Origin: Candidatus Poribacteria bacterium | GTDB taxonomy: Bacteria > Poribacteria > WGA-4E > PCPOR2b | Assembly (NCBI GenBank): GCA_965116925.1 | Contig: OZ220744.1 | Location: 3,808,001-3,872,000, forward strand | Length of the DNA: 64,000 nucleotides | Direction: 5' to 3' | Shown: positions 39,416-48,327 of the stretch, in pieces | Layout of the letters: every line of letters starts with the position of its first letter | How positions within the stretch are numbered: the stretch's first letter is position 1 | Notes under the pieces: generated by a model | Databases searched by the model: none | What the model was told of the DNA's origin: nothing | What the model saw: the letters and a program-made list of their open reading frames with translations, nothing else | Position numbers and translations under genes: made by a program

Positions 39416-40747
39416 TTATGACAAACACCAGACATTTCCGGTGAACGGTGGGAATAGACAGTCGAGCAGAACACCCGCTTCGTCCCGTCCATCACAATCG
39501 ACAAAATTGGTTTTCAATTCGTTGAACCGACGGCGACCACACAGGAGTTGCAAAAAAGTCAGATCTGGAAAGCGCGCATCGCCGTCCTCGACTGAATCGG
39601 GCGACCAGTTGGAGATGTCCGTTATTTTTCCGCCGTTAAATTTTAGTTGAATGCCGCTTCGGTAGTAATTCAGTTTCAGTTCGCCGTTATAGCCTTCTGC
39701 GACAGTTCCTACGAGATTCTTTTCTAAAGCAGGCTGGATATGCCGTAAAAAGGCGACTAGATCCGGCACACGGATGTACAATCCATACGGTTCATCCACG
39801 CGGATTTTATTTCCCAGCAAGGCGTGGTAGGCGGGATGTGTGCGTCCAAGTTCCAGGTTGATAGCCTTCAATTCTTGGTCTTTATGATTTCCGTATGCAG
39901 GCATTGCTTGCGCGATTTTCCACAATCCACCCAACATACCCGGCATCAGGTTAAGATAGCCTACGCCGGATTTGAGTTCGATCCGAACGATGTATAGTGC
40001 GTTGTCCTCTATCCACGGGTAGTATTGTACGTAGCCCAACCGATCACCCGCCGCCGTCTCAATGATTAGCCATTTCCAGTGTGCAAAATCGTTTTCTGAA
40101 CGTCCGCCGAACTCATAATTCCATTCCGCCTCTGACCGTAGGGTCGAGAAAGGTTGACGACAACTAGCACAGTCGTACAACTCTCGAATGAAGGTGTGGT
40201 CATCGTCTACCACGGAACGCAGATGATATTTTTCGGAGTCACCATCTTTCAGTTTCGGCAGATCGATTCCAGCTATGGCTCTTCCGCCGTCGATCTCCAT
40301 TGCCATCTCATACCCGAATTGGCGATAGTACCACGGGATGCCGGTGATGCCCTGCATCAGTTCACCCTTCACTGCACTCAAGGCGTGTATCACCTCAAAC
40401 TGTTTTCGCACCAAGCCGCGTCGACGGTATTCCGGTTCCGTGACGACCACTTCGGGTCGCCCAAACTTGAACGGGATCCCACGGTATGCCCACGTCTGGG
40501 AGATGAGACACATTGACGAGACGATTTTGTTCGTGCGGGTATCTTCCACTAATGTAAAATCGCTCGCTTTCACCGTTGGATGACGACCTGACATCAAACC
40601 GCGTATCCCAACTCCTACTTTCTCATCCTCGAAGATGCGGGCGTTAAATTCAGCGAGGGCGTCCACGTCTTCGGGACGTGCAAACCGCAATATTAGATTG
40701 TCGCCTAGATCAATAGGCATTTGAGAGAGAATTGAATTTTTAGACAT
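39416..40747 (-). CDS. GNAT family acetyltransferase (Eis-like)
   Basis: VVTEPEYRRRGL acetyl-CoA motif, GIPWYYRQFGYE. Confidence 0.88.
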   Translation of the reverse strand: MSKNSILSQMPIDLGDNLILRFARPEDVDALAEFNARIFEDEKVGVGIRGLMSGRHPTVKASDFTLVEDTRTNKIVSSMCLISQTWAYRGIPFKFGRPEVVVTEPEYRRRGLVRKQFEVIHALSAVKGELMQGITGIPWYYRQFGYEMAMEIDGGRAIAGIDLPKLKDGDSEKYHLRSVVDDDHTFIRELYDCASCRQPFSTLRSEAEWNYEFGGRSENDFAHWKWLIIETAAGDRLGYVQYYPWIEDNALYIVRIELKSGVGYLNLMPGMLGGLWKIAQAMPAYGNHKDQELKAINLELGRTHPAYHALLGNKIRVDEPYGLYIRVPDLVAFLRHIQPALEKNLVGTVAEGYNGELKLNYYRSGIQLKFNGGKITDISNWSPDSVEDGDARFPDLTFLQLLCGRRRFNELKTNFVDCDGRDEAGVLLDCLFPPFTGNVWCLS

Positions 40748-40942
40748 TTACGCTTCCGTCCTCGAGCCATAGCGGCTTGAGATAGTTAATCAATAAATCG
40801 TGGTATCGTTTGATAGGTATTCTCATAAACTTATCAAAAATCACTTTAGGGGTGTATCCCAAGCATTTATGCTTGGGATACACCCATGCTTTAGCGTTAT
40901 TTTTTTTGTGTATTTTGTAGGTAAAACATGATATAATTATGG

Positions 40943-41017
40943 TGGCTTTCGTGGGAAGGTCTCACACCACCGCACGGTGGTGCTTCCCACAGCCTTTGAG
41001 ACAGGATATGAAAGCCA
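40943..41017 (+). ncRNA. Candidate structured 5' leader RNA with pseudoknot upstream of tnpB
   Basis: Four perfect complementary pairs (8, 8, 8 and 6 bp) directly after TGnTATAAT (40929-40937). Confidence 0.5.
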
Positions 41018-41030
41018 GAAAGCTAATTCC

Positions 41031-42167
41031 ATGAAAACCTACAAATTCAAACTGTATTCTAATCACGGCAATCGTGATCTGCATAAGACAATAGAAGGAC
41101 ACGCATCTGTCTGGAATCATTGCGTCGCGCTCCAGCGTCGGTATTATGCAATCTACGGCAAATATATCAGCAAGTTTAGACTCATCAATCATGTCTCTAA
41201 ACTGAAACGGTTGCCTCGGTTTGCCCATTGGAATCAGCTGCCGAGCCAATCGATTCAGGACGTAGCAGCACGTCTTGATAAAGCCTACAAAGCGATGTTT
41301 GAAGCGCGTGCTGCGGGTCGGAAATGGGGGCGTCCCCGTTTCAAACCGCGTCAGAAATATAAGTCGTTCACATTACTCCAAGCCGGCTGGAAACTTTTGC
41401 TGGGCAATCAGATCCGTATTGGTAAACGAATCTACCGATACTTCAAATCCCGCGAGATACTTGGCACTCCAAAACGCTGCACTATCAAGCGGGACGCCGT
41501 CGGTGATGTCTATATCTGTGTTTTAACGGACTATGAGGAACCTGACCTGAACCGAGCCATGACGGGTAAAATCGCAGGCTTCGATTTCGGTCTGAAACGG
41601 TATCTCACCGGTCATAACGGGCACGATATAGAATCACCACAGTTTTTCAAGCGGAGCATTAACGCCATCAAACGTGCGAGCCGTAAGCACAGCACCAAGC
41701 GCAAAGGTTCAAAGAACCGAGAACGTGCACGACTGAACCTCGCCCGTAAACACCGCACCATCGACCACCAGCGCAGCGACTTCCATTGGAAACTCGCACA
41801 CCATCTGACCGATGAATATGACGAGATACGACTTGAAGACTTGAACCTACAGGGCATGAAAGCGCTCTGGGGTCGCAAGGTCAGCGATCTCGGCTTTGCT
41901 GATTTCGTTCTGAAGCTGGTGTATATCGCTTCCAAAAAAGGTGTTAAAATCACGTTCATCTATCGGTGGTATCCTTCGAGTCGAACCTGTTCCGCTTGTG
42001 GTGCGGTCAATGATGCGTTGAACCTCCGTGATAGGACGTGGCAGTGTCCGAACTGCCACACGCAGTTGGATAGAGATCGCAATGCTGCGGTCAATATCTA
42101 TCGGGTTGGGGCATCAACCCATGCAGGAGAGGACGTAAGTCCCGGTTCGCCGGGCAATCCTTGTTGA
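41031..42167 (+). CDS. tnpB: RNA-guided endonuclease TnpB
   Basis: MKTYKFKLY, RuvC I GFDFGLK, RuvC II EDLNL, SSRTCSACG...CPNC zinc finger, RuvC III DRDRNAAVNI. Confidence 0.95.
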   Translation: MKTYKFKLYSNHGNRDLHKTIEGHASVWNHCVALQRRYYAIYGKYISKFRLINHVSKLKRLPRFAHWNQLPSQSIQDVAARLDKAYKAMFEARAAGRKWGRPRFKPRQKYKSFTLLQAGWKLLLGNQIRIGKRIYRYFKSREILGTPKRCTIKRDAVGDVYICVLTDYEEPDLNRAMTGKIAGFDFGLKRYLTGHNGHDIESPQFFKRSINAIKRASRKHSTKRKGSKNRERARLNLARKHRTIDHQRSDFHWKLAHHLTDEYDEIRLEDLNLQGMKALWGRKVSDLGFADFVLKLVYIASKKGVKITFIYRWYPSSRTCSACGAVNDALNLRDRTWQCPNCHTQLDRDRNAAVNIYRVGASTHAGEDVSPGSPGNPC

Positions 42168-42258
42168 TAGCACAATTCGATTCCTATCGGAAAGGGACTC
42201 CTAAGAATCCCAATCCTTTAGGTTTGGGAGTATGTCAAAATGAAAACCGTTCTCGCCA
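42100..42258 (+). ncRNA. Predicted TnpB omegaRNA (reRNA) scaffold plus flank-derived guide
   Basis: Expected from TnpB biology: overlaps the tnpB 3' end and right end, guide starts after TCAA 42238; 5' boundary is approximate. Confidence 0.55.
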
Positions 42259-42327
42259 TCAAACGCAACAAGTAGAATTGTGTTATCGCGGACGATTGCC
42301 GCCCGGGCTACAAGTCGGATTCCTTGT

Positions 42328-42882
42328 CTATTGGCTTTGAATTTGATATTTTCTGACAAGTCTTTCTCCACTATGGATTGAGTTTTCTTTTATTCCATTT
42401 TCTTTAAGGGAAAACCCTAACTTTTCCAAAACCTTCATCGAAGCCATATTATTTTCAGTGGTACTTGCTTGAATTGTTGACAATTCCAAATATTCAAGCC
42501 CAAAATTAACAATGCTCTTGCAGGCTTCGGTTGCAAATCCCATGTTCCAGAATTCGGGGAGAATAGAGTAACCCAGTATCCCCAATTCTCCGTCTTTTCT
42601 CAAGGTGACAATCCCGATAGTTCGAGAGTCCTCCTTTTTCTTAATTAGCAAAGTCATACTGTTTTCGGTAGTTTCCTTCGAGACACAATGAGAAGTCGTC
42701 CGTTTCGCGTCCTCATATCCGAAAGGAAATGGCACTTTTCCTAGATGTTGTGAAACCCTCCAGTCGGAATATAGTTGATGAATGAAATCTACATCACTCA
42801 TTTCAATAATCTTAAAACAGAGGCGATCTGTCTCTACATTCGATAATTGTTCGGCAATATTATAACTTCTTAAAGTTTTCAT
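42328..42882 (-). CDS. GNAT acetyltransferase, RimJ/RimL family
   Basis: ETDRL, LGYSILPEFWNMGFATEA, NMASMKVLEKLGF; visibly AT-rich. Confidence 0.9.
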   Translation of the reverse strand: MKTLRSYNIAEQLSNVETDRLCFKIIEMSDVDFIHQLYSDWRVSQHLGKVPFPFGYEDAKRTTSHCVSKETTENSMTLLIKKKEDSRTIGIVTLRKDGELGILGYSILPEFWNMGFATEACKSIVNFGLEYLELSTIQASTTENNMASMKVLEKLGFSLKENGIKENSIHSGERLVRKYQIQSQ

Positions 42883-42942
42883 TCGGTCGCCCTTTGGTTT
42901 TTTACTTCGTTTTTTCTATCATCGCCGGTCTATTTCTCGCGT

Positions 42943-43770
42943 TTAGGCGGTGTCTTCCGTTTTACGAGCAATCGCCATAATATGTGTACTTACACCAATT
43001 ATTGATGGCTCGCTTTCAAGAGAACGGGCAATATTTAGCAGACGCTCACGGCAATTTGGATCAGCCCACTGTTCTTCAAGATTTTGTAGCAGCCAAGCGG
43101 GGCCCTGAATGCCAAATAGACTCTCAAGATCAAATCCCACAGCTTCTATTTCTGATTTGAGTTCCTCGGGCCGGTGAAGGAACGCCGTTGTAAAGTACGC
43201 TGGATGTTCGTTTGGATTCCGGTGCTGCCCATCCCGTAGATCGCGGTCTACAATTTTGATATACTCCGGATCCATGATACCATCTGCCATCCCGCGTAAA
43301 GTTGAAGCATATCGAGAAATAGCAACGGTGAATATGATGCCGCCCTTGCGAAGGATTCGATACGATTCTTGTAATGCCGAGATTCGTTCGTTTCGCTCCG
43401 TCAAATGGTACAATGGTCCCAGCATGAGAACGACATCTACAGAGTTATCTCCCCGATCTAAATGACGGGCATCCCCAACGCAGAGCTCTGCAATCGGATG
43501 GTTGGGTTGGGCTTGTGATGCTGTGGATGCTTGTTCCACATGAAGCGAAACGGGATCCACAAGATGAACCTCATATCCTCCCCTTGCAAGCCAGCAGGCA
43601 TAGTTTCCGGGACCACCGCCCACGTCATATACTACAGCTGGCGTCGCTGGCAGATGGCATGAGATCAGTTCCCGAATACGAGTCTCCTCAAGTTGTCCTC
43701 CACTTGATGAAAGCCGTTGAATTTCATCTCCCCGCTCATAATAAGCTACGATGCTGTTTAGCTTGCACAT
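42943..43770 (-). CDS. Class I SAM-dependent methyltransferase
   Basis: YDVGGGPGNY, GDARHL, DVVLMLGPLYHL. Confidence 0.9.
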   Translation of the reverse strand: MCKLNSIVAYYERGDEIQRLSSSGGQLEETRIRELISCHLPATPAVVYDVGGGPGNYACWLARGGYEVHLVDPVSLHVEQASTASQAQPNHPIAELCVGDARHLDRGDNSVDVVLMLGPLYHLTERNERISALQESYRILRKGGIIFTVAISRYASTLRGMADGIMDPEYIKIVDRDLRDGQHRNPNEHPAYFTTAFLHRPEELKSEIEAVGFDLESLFGIQGPAWLLQNLEEQWADPNCRERLLNIARSLESEPSIIGVSTHIMAIARKTEDTA

Positions 43771-43827
43771 GTGAGGAAACCTCTTGATACTGAGTTACAC
43801 CTTAAAAATGTCGGTCACTCGAAATAA

Positions 43828-44194
43828 TAGGACTTACGCAGTTGAACGGTAAAATCCAACCCCTTCCGCTACGCGGAACCTATACCTCCATTTCAATGCT
43901 TCACCGACACGATTCGGCAATTTGGCAGGGCACTGGCAGGTCCAAAAAAATATTTCAACGTTACATCGGGGGTTCATTTTTGGTGGATGCCCCTCTGAAC
44001 CCCGATGGGGCCTAGCTTCAGAGCATTTGTAGATTTTTACCACGTAAGAGAAGGTGCATGTAAACGGCTTTTTGACCTGCCAAATACGCACTGTTTATGA
44101 ACCGTTTTTCACTCAAATGGCACCATAACCGTGCCAAATGTCAGGGATTTGGCAGGTCCCTGACAGGTCAAAGCTCTGAAGTGCGTAAGTCTTG
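43828..44194. mobile_element. Non-coding element with AGGACTTACGCA-type TIRs (element A)
   Basis: Left TAGGACTTACGCAGTTGAAC, right CTGAAGTGCGTAAGTCTTG; no convincing ORF or TSD. Confidence 0.6.
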
Positions 44195-44252
44195 TTATAG
44201 CAGAAATTTACTTCTGAGATTCATCGGACATTTGGAGATTTTTCATTTAAAC

Positions 44253-44415
44253 TAGGAGTTACGAACTTCAGTAGTGAACGCAGATCTGCGTTCCCTACGG
44301 ACTCCTTATGGAGCCTCTGCTGTAGTTGCCCGATTCATCGGGCGTTGGAGATAGTGTCTTGCGGCGATAAATCGCCGAACTACAGGTATCTAAGTGTTCA
44401 ACTGCGTAAGTCCTA
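44253..44415. mobile_element. MITE with AGGACTTACGCA-type TIRs, 5-bp TSD and three REP hairpins (element B)
   Basis: TAAAC-[TAGGAGTTACGAACTTCAG...GTTCAACTGCGTAAGTCCTA]-TAAAC. Confidence 0.75.
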
Positions 44416-44637
44416 TAAACTATAGTGGTAGAACGCTTTGCAGTCTTAATTTTTTAACGCACACTTCGCTATATTCTTCAATTTATTTTTAATTCGGCAC
44501 GGTTTTCTACTTTCTAAGTGGGTAGATGGTGGGTGAGGAATTGAGTATTCGTTGGCAGGGAAAAAGGACATTTGATATAATACTTGGCAGTTACGTTGCC
44601 TCACCCAAAATCAAGTGAATAAAGGAGAAAAATTGAT

Positions 44638-45051
44638 ATGGCAGATGGATTTAACGCACCGGGTGTCGTCAAGCCCTTTGGGATTTTTTCGGGTGCTGCT
44701 TGGCAGCCGGAGGGCAAGGTTTTGCATATTTCTGGGCATGTTGCACAGGACCCTGACGGCAACACGGTCGGGGTAGATGATATTCGTGCTCAGACCCGGC
44801 AGACGTTGATAAACATTCAGACCGTCCTATCGAGCGTCGGAGGAGAGATGTCGGATATCGCCAAGGTTACCGTCTTCGTGACCGATATGTCTACACTCGC
44901 CGATATCCACGCAGTACGCGCTGAGTTCTTCGATCCACCATACCCCGCTAGCACGTTGGTTGAAGTAAGCCGTTTGGTCAATCCTGAGTGGCTGATTGAG
45001 ATTGAAGCGGTGGCGGTAATCCCGTTTGACCGAGTTAAAAATTCCGTATAA
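44638..45051 (+). CDS. RidA/YjgF family protein
   Basis: LHISGHV, QTRQTLINI, YPASTLVEVSRL, LIEIEAVA. Confidence 0.93.
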   Translation: MADGFNAPGVVKPFGIFSGAAWQPEGKVLHISGHVAQDPDGNTVGVDDIRAQTRQTLINIQTVLSSVGGEMSDIAKVTVFVTDMSTLADIHAVRAEFFDPPYPASTLVEVSRLVNPEWLIEIEAVAVIPFDRVKNSV

Positions 45052-45102
45052 GGCAAAGTGCCGGGGCGGTGTCTTCCAACCCCGGCGAAAGTTGGGAGGA
45101 TT

Positions 45103-45380
45103 TATAGTAGATCTCAGAATTAATGAAACACTCCAAATCGGCGCAGTTGGATGAAAATTAAAAAAACAGTTCGGTAATTTGCTAGCGACGCCGGCGCGGT
45201 TGAATGAAGATAAAAAAATAATTCGGTAATTTGCTAGTGACACCGGCGCGGTTGAAAACCACGCCTACCATACGTTTCGAGGAAAACCGGGATTACCGAT
45301 TTAAATACTTAAACTTCATCACACCGCGCCTACCGAACATGGGGAGCGAAAGTGTCTACTTATTTTTAGAATTCACTATA
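45103..45380 (+). mobile_element. TATAG-ended MITE, long form with nested ATGAA-ended element(s)
   Basis: Outer ends match 36358-36465; insert 45151-45319 is a 53-bp left half plus a full 116-bp inner element. Confidence 0.85.
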
Positions 45381-45394
45381 ATTGCCACCTCTTA

Positions 45395-46687
45395 TCAAGC
45401 CGCAGCATGAATACTCGCGCGTGTGCCCTCCACGTCAAAACAAGCGAACTGATTGTCTCGCATCAGGCGTGTGGCAATCTGCATCGCCTGTTTTTCGGTC
45501 ATATAGCCGTCCGCAATCTCCCCCTCAAGGGCGCGGCGAATCTCGTTACGCGCTTGAATCGCGTAAGCCATTGAGCTGGTGGGCCATCCTGTATCTCCAC
45601 CGAAAGCGAATATTTTATTCGATGGGACCGCGTGTATGAATCGACGCAGGAAGTCGCGGGAGCTATACGGATCTATGCTCCACGCCCAACACAAATCGAC
45701 CCAGATGTTGCGATAGTGCTTTGCTAGGGCGACAAGCTCATCGTTGTAGGGGTAGGCGATGTGCATCAGGACAAATTTAGCATCCAAGTAGCGGGCAAAG
45801 AGATCGCACATATTTCCGGCAGGGATCCGACTTACCGGCATTCGGTCATTTCCTGCGTAGTAGCCTGTGTGAATTTTGAATGGAAGGTTATGTTCGATCG
45901 ACAACTCAACTCCTCGCGCCCAACACCAATCGCCCAAGCAGAGATAGGTTTCGACGCTAAGCTCCTCCGCGGGTTGGTTTAGCACTTGGGAGAGTGCCGC
46001 TGATGCCTCAACATCGTTCCGTTCGATCCAATTGAGGGTTCGGTTGTAAGCGTGCTGTGCCTTCACAGCAATAGCGCATGGTCCATGCTTCGCGAAAATT
46101 GCCTCCATCCCCTGCTTGAGTGTGCGGAGATCCTTCACTTCAACGCCTGTCTCGGCGTGGATCTGTTCCGTGTCGATCTGCCCGTTACAAAAGCCAGCCC
46201 ATGAGAGGTCATAGAGAAAGAAGTCCAGCCCGGAATGATCGGGTAAACAGGGCCAACTGAAATCATCAGTCTGCACATGATCGAGGTTCGCTACATCGTG
46301 CAGCAGGCGATAACGTTCACCGGGCTTGCGCAGTGCTTTAATTTTCTCACCCGCTGATTCTAGGGCTTCTCCGGTGAGTTCATCAATCCCGTAGACATGC
46401 TCTGCAATGAGTCGCACCGCCTCGCCGTATCCGGTGAACTGCGTCGCTTCCCACGCCTCTTGAATACCTTTGAAACGCCCGGCAATATCTGAGTCTGAAG
46501 CATCCATCAGGCGTTGCATCGAGTCGGGCGATGCGCCCGCCGTGTTGAGGTCTGCGGGAACGTAATTTCCAAACAGGTCTTGTAAGATGTCGGGACCGTC
46601 TTCTAGCCAATCTGGTTCCTTTCGTAGGTGTTCGTGTGTGTCAACCAGAGGGGTCGCTTCGATGTGGTGTGCAAGGTCTGTCGGCAT
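45395..46687 (-). CDS. Amidohydrolase family protein
   Basis: VDTHEH, KIHTG, VLMHIAYP, FGGD. Confidence 0.88.
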   Translation of the reverse strand: MPTDLAHHIEATPLVDTHEHLRKEPDWLEDGPDILQDLFGNYVPADLNTAGASPDSMQRLMDASDSDIAGRFKGIQEAWEATQFTGYGEAVRLIAEHVYGIDELTGEALESAGEKIKALRKPGERYRLLHDVANLDHVQTDDFSWPCLPDHSGLDFFLYDLSWAGFCNGQIDTEQIHAETGVEVKDLRTLKQGMEAIFAKHGPCAIAVKAQHAYNRTLNWIERNDVEASAALSQVLNQPAEELSVETYLCLGDWCWARGVELSIEHNLPFKIHTGYYAGNDRMPVSRIPAGNMCDLFARYLDAKFVLMHIAYPYNDELVALAKHYRNIWVDLCWAWSIDPYSSRDFLRRFIHAVPSNKIFAFGGDTGWPTSSMAYAIQARNEIRRALEGEIADGYMTEKQAMQIATRLMRDNQFACFDVEGTRASIHAAA

Positions 46688-46805
46688 ATTTCTTATCCTT
46701 TCTGATTTTGAATCGTGATATAATCATCTTAAAGTTCGGCATTAATTGTTAGTTTAACAGAGCCTAGGGTTTTACTCAAGAATTTTATGGAAGGACGTGT
46801 GAGTT

Positions 46806-47624
46806 ATGGGTAAGAAAACACCGCAGACGCAGGCTGCGACGATGGAGGTTGGATTGCTTATTGGAAGCCTAGATCAGTTGGAAGATGTTGCGGCGTGGGG
46901 TTATGACTACGCCGAAATCTCTCCCGGCCTCCTTGGAATTGATGAGGACGCTGGTACAATCGAACAAAAGGCACTTGAACAGATTCAGGCGTCGCCGGTG
47001 CCTGTTACAGCGATGTGTGGCTTTTTGGGTCGGTCAAAAGTGGTCGGACCGGAGGTTGACAACGCACGAGTGCGTGACTATGTGATACGTCTGTTTGATG
47101 CGATGCAGCAAGCTGAAATCCCAGTAATCGGTTACGGCAGCGGTGGATCTCGCTTTGTCCCCGACGGATTTTCTGGTGAACGGGCATTGGAACAGGTGAA
47201 CGACTTCCTCCAGATGTGCGCCGACTTGGGCGAACCTCGTGGGGTACAGGTCGCCCTTGAACCGTATAATTACGACGATGCAAACCTCATCAATACGGTT
47301 CCAGAAGGGGTTGAAATGGTTCGGCAGGTCAACCGCCCCGCCATCCAGTTGATGGCGGATTTCTTTCACATGCGACTGAACGGCGAGTCATTCGATACGC
47401 TTGCAGAAGCGGGTCTATACCTGATCCACGCACATATTGCTGAACCGGGTCGAGGCCGTCCGCAGACAACCCCGGCAGAACACGCAGCATACCTGCAAGC
47501 GTTGTGTGAGGCTGGATACTACGGACGTGTAACGCAGACCGGCGAGTTACCCACTTACGATTCGCTTGCAGAAGCTGCTGCAACACTCAAACGATTCGCG
47601 CGTGCAGGAGGGGAGAAACAGTGA
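46806..47624 (+). CDS. Sugar phosphate isomerase/epimerase (TIM barrel)
   Basis: GYDYAE, GSGGSR, ALEPYN, ADFFHM, HAHIAE. Confidence 0.85.
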   Translation: MGKKTPQTQAATMEVGLLIGSLDQLEDVAAWGYDYAEISPGLLGIDEDAGTIEQKALEQIQASPVPVTAMCGFLGRSKVVGPEVDNARVRDYVIRLFDAMQQAEIPVIGYGSGGSRFVPDGFSGERALEQVNDFLQMCADLGEPRGVQVALEPYNYDDANLINTVPEGVEMVRQVNRPAIQLMADFFHMRLNGESFDTLAEAGLYLIHAHIAEPGRGRPQTTPAEHAAYLQALCEAGYYGRVTQTGELPTYDSLAEAAATLKRFARAGGEKQ

Positions 47625-48319
47625 CCGCACCGACTTTCCACTACAGTCGCATCGTTGATCTTTCACGTCCGCTGGTTCCGAGTAAGGGGCAGCATCCGTG
47701 GGTCCGGTATGAGACACAGATTGACAGCATCGTCAGCGATCCCGAAACCGCTCCGGCGTCAGGTCGCTGGTACGTGGTGACACAGATTGGGCTGAGCGGT
47801 CATGCGGGAACTCACGTTGAGGCACCCTTGCACGCGGTCGAGAATGGTGCTGCAGTTGGTGAGCTACCAGTTGAGCAGTTCTTCGGTGAGGCGGCTATCT
47901 TGGACCTCAGCGACGTGCCTTGGTCAATGCCCATTGAGCGTCCACGTCTTGAGGAGGCAGCAGCGCAAGCCGGAGGAATCCAAGCGGGTGACATCGTTTT
48001 TATCTATTTCGGTTGGGATCGTCGTGCTGCGGTTGAAGGCGGGGGACCGCCCTATCCCACGCCTGACGCGCTCCGATGGTTGGTGGATCCGGGGGTAAAA
48101 CTACTCGGCATAGACAGTCCCGGACTTGAGGTGCCGGGCAGCCGCGAACTGATTAACCACCACATTTTATTCGACCGGGGAATCCCGTTAATCGAGAGTC
48201 TCGCACATCTGGAAGATCTCCGCGAGAATCGTGTGTACGTTTTTGCACAGCCGTTGCCCGCCCTTGGCGCGGATGCCATTCCGCTGCGTGTGCTGGCATT
48301 TGAGGGGACTTCCGATTAA
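47621..48319 (+). CDS. Cyclase/kynurenine formamidase family protein
   Basis: VDLSRP, HAGTHVEAPLH, LLGIDSP, IESL; 4-bp overlap with the upstream gene. Confidence 0.88.
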   Translation: MTAPTFHYSRIVDLSRPLVPSKGQHPWVRYETQIDSIVSDPETAPASGRWYVVTQIGLSGHAGTHVEAPLHAVENGAAVGELPVEQFFGEAAILDLSDVPWSMPIERPRLEEAAAQAGGIQAGDIVFIYFGWDRRAAVEGGGPPYPTPDALRWLVDPGVKLLGIDSPGLEVPGSRELINHHILFDRGIPLIESLAHLEDLRENRVYVFAQPLPALGADAIPLRVLAFEGTSD

Positions 48320-48327
48320 TGCGATAA

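Larger units (their letters stand above)
40835..42238 (+). mobile_element. IS200/IS605-family (IS1341-type, TnpB-only) element
   Basis: Left-end hairpin CCCAAGCATTTATGCTTGGG; right end GAATCCCAATCCTTTAGGTTTGGGAGTATGTCAA (IS608-like); tnpB inside, no tnpA; left boundary inferred. Confidence 0.85.

Noticed and set aside
43834..44091. 85-aa ORF inside element A as a transposase remnant
   Set aside because: No recognisable transposase motif or RBS
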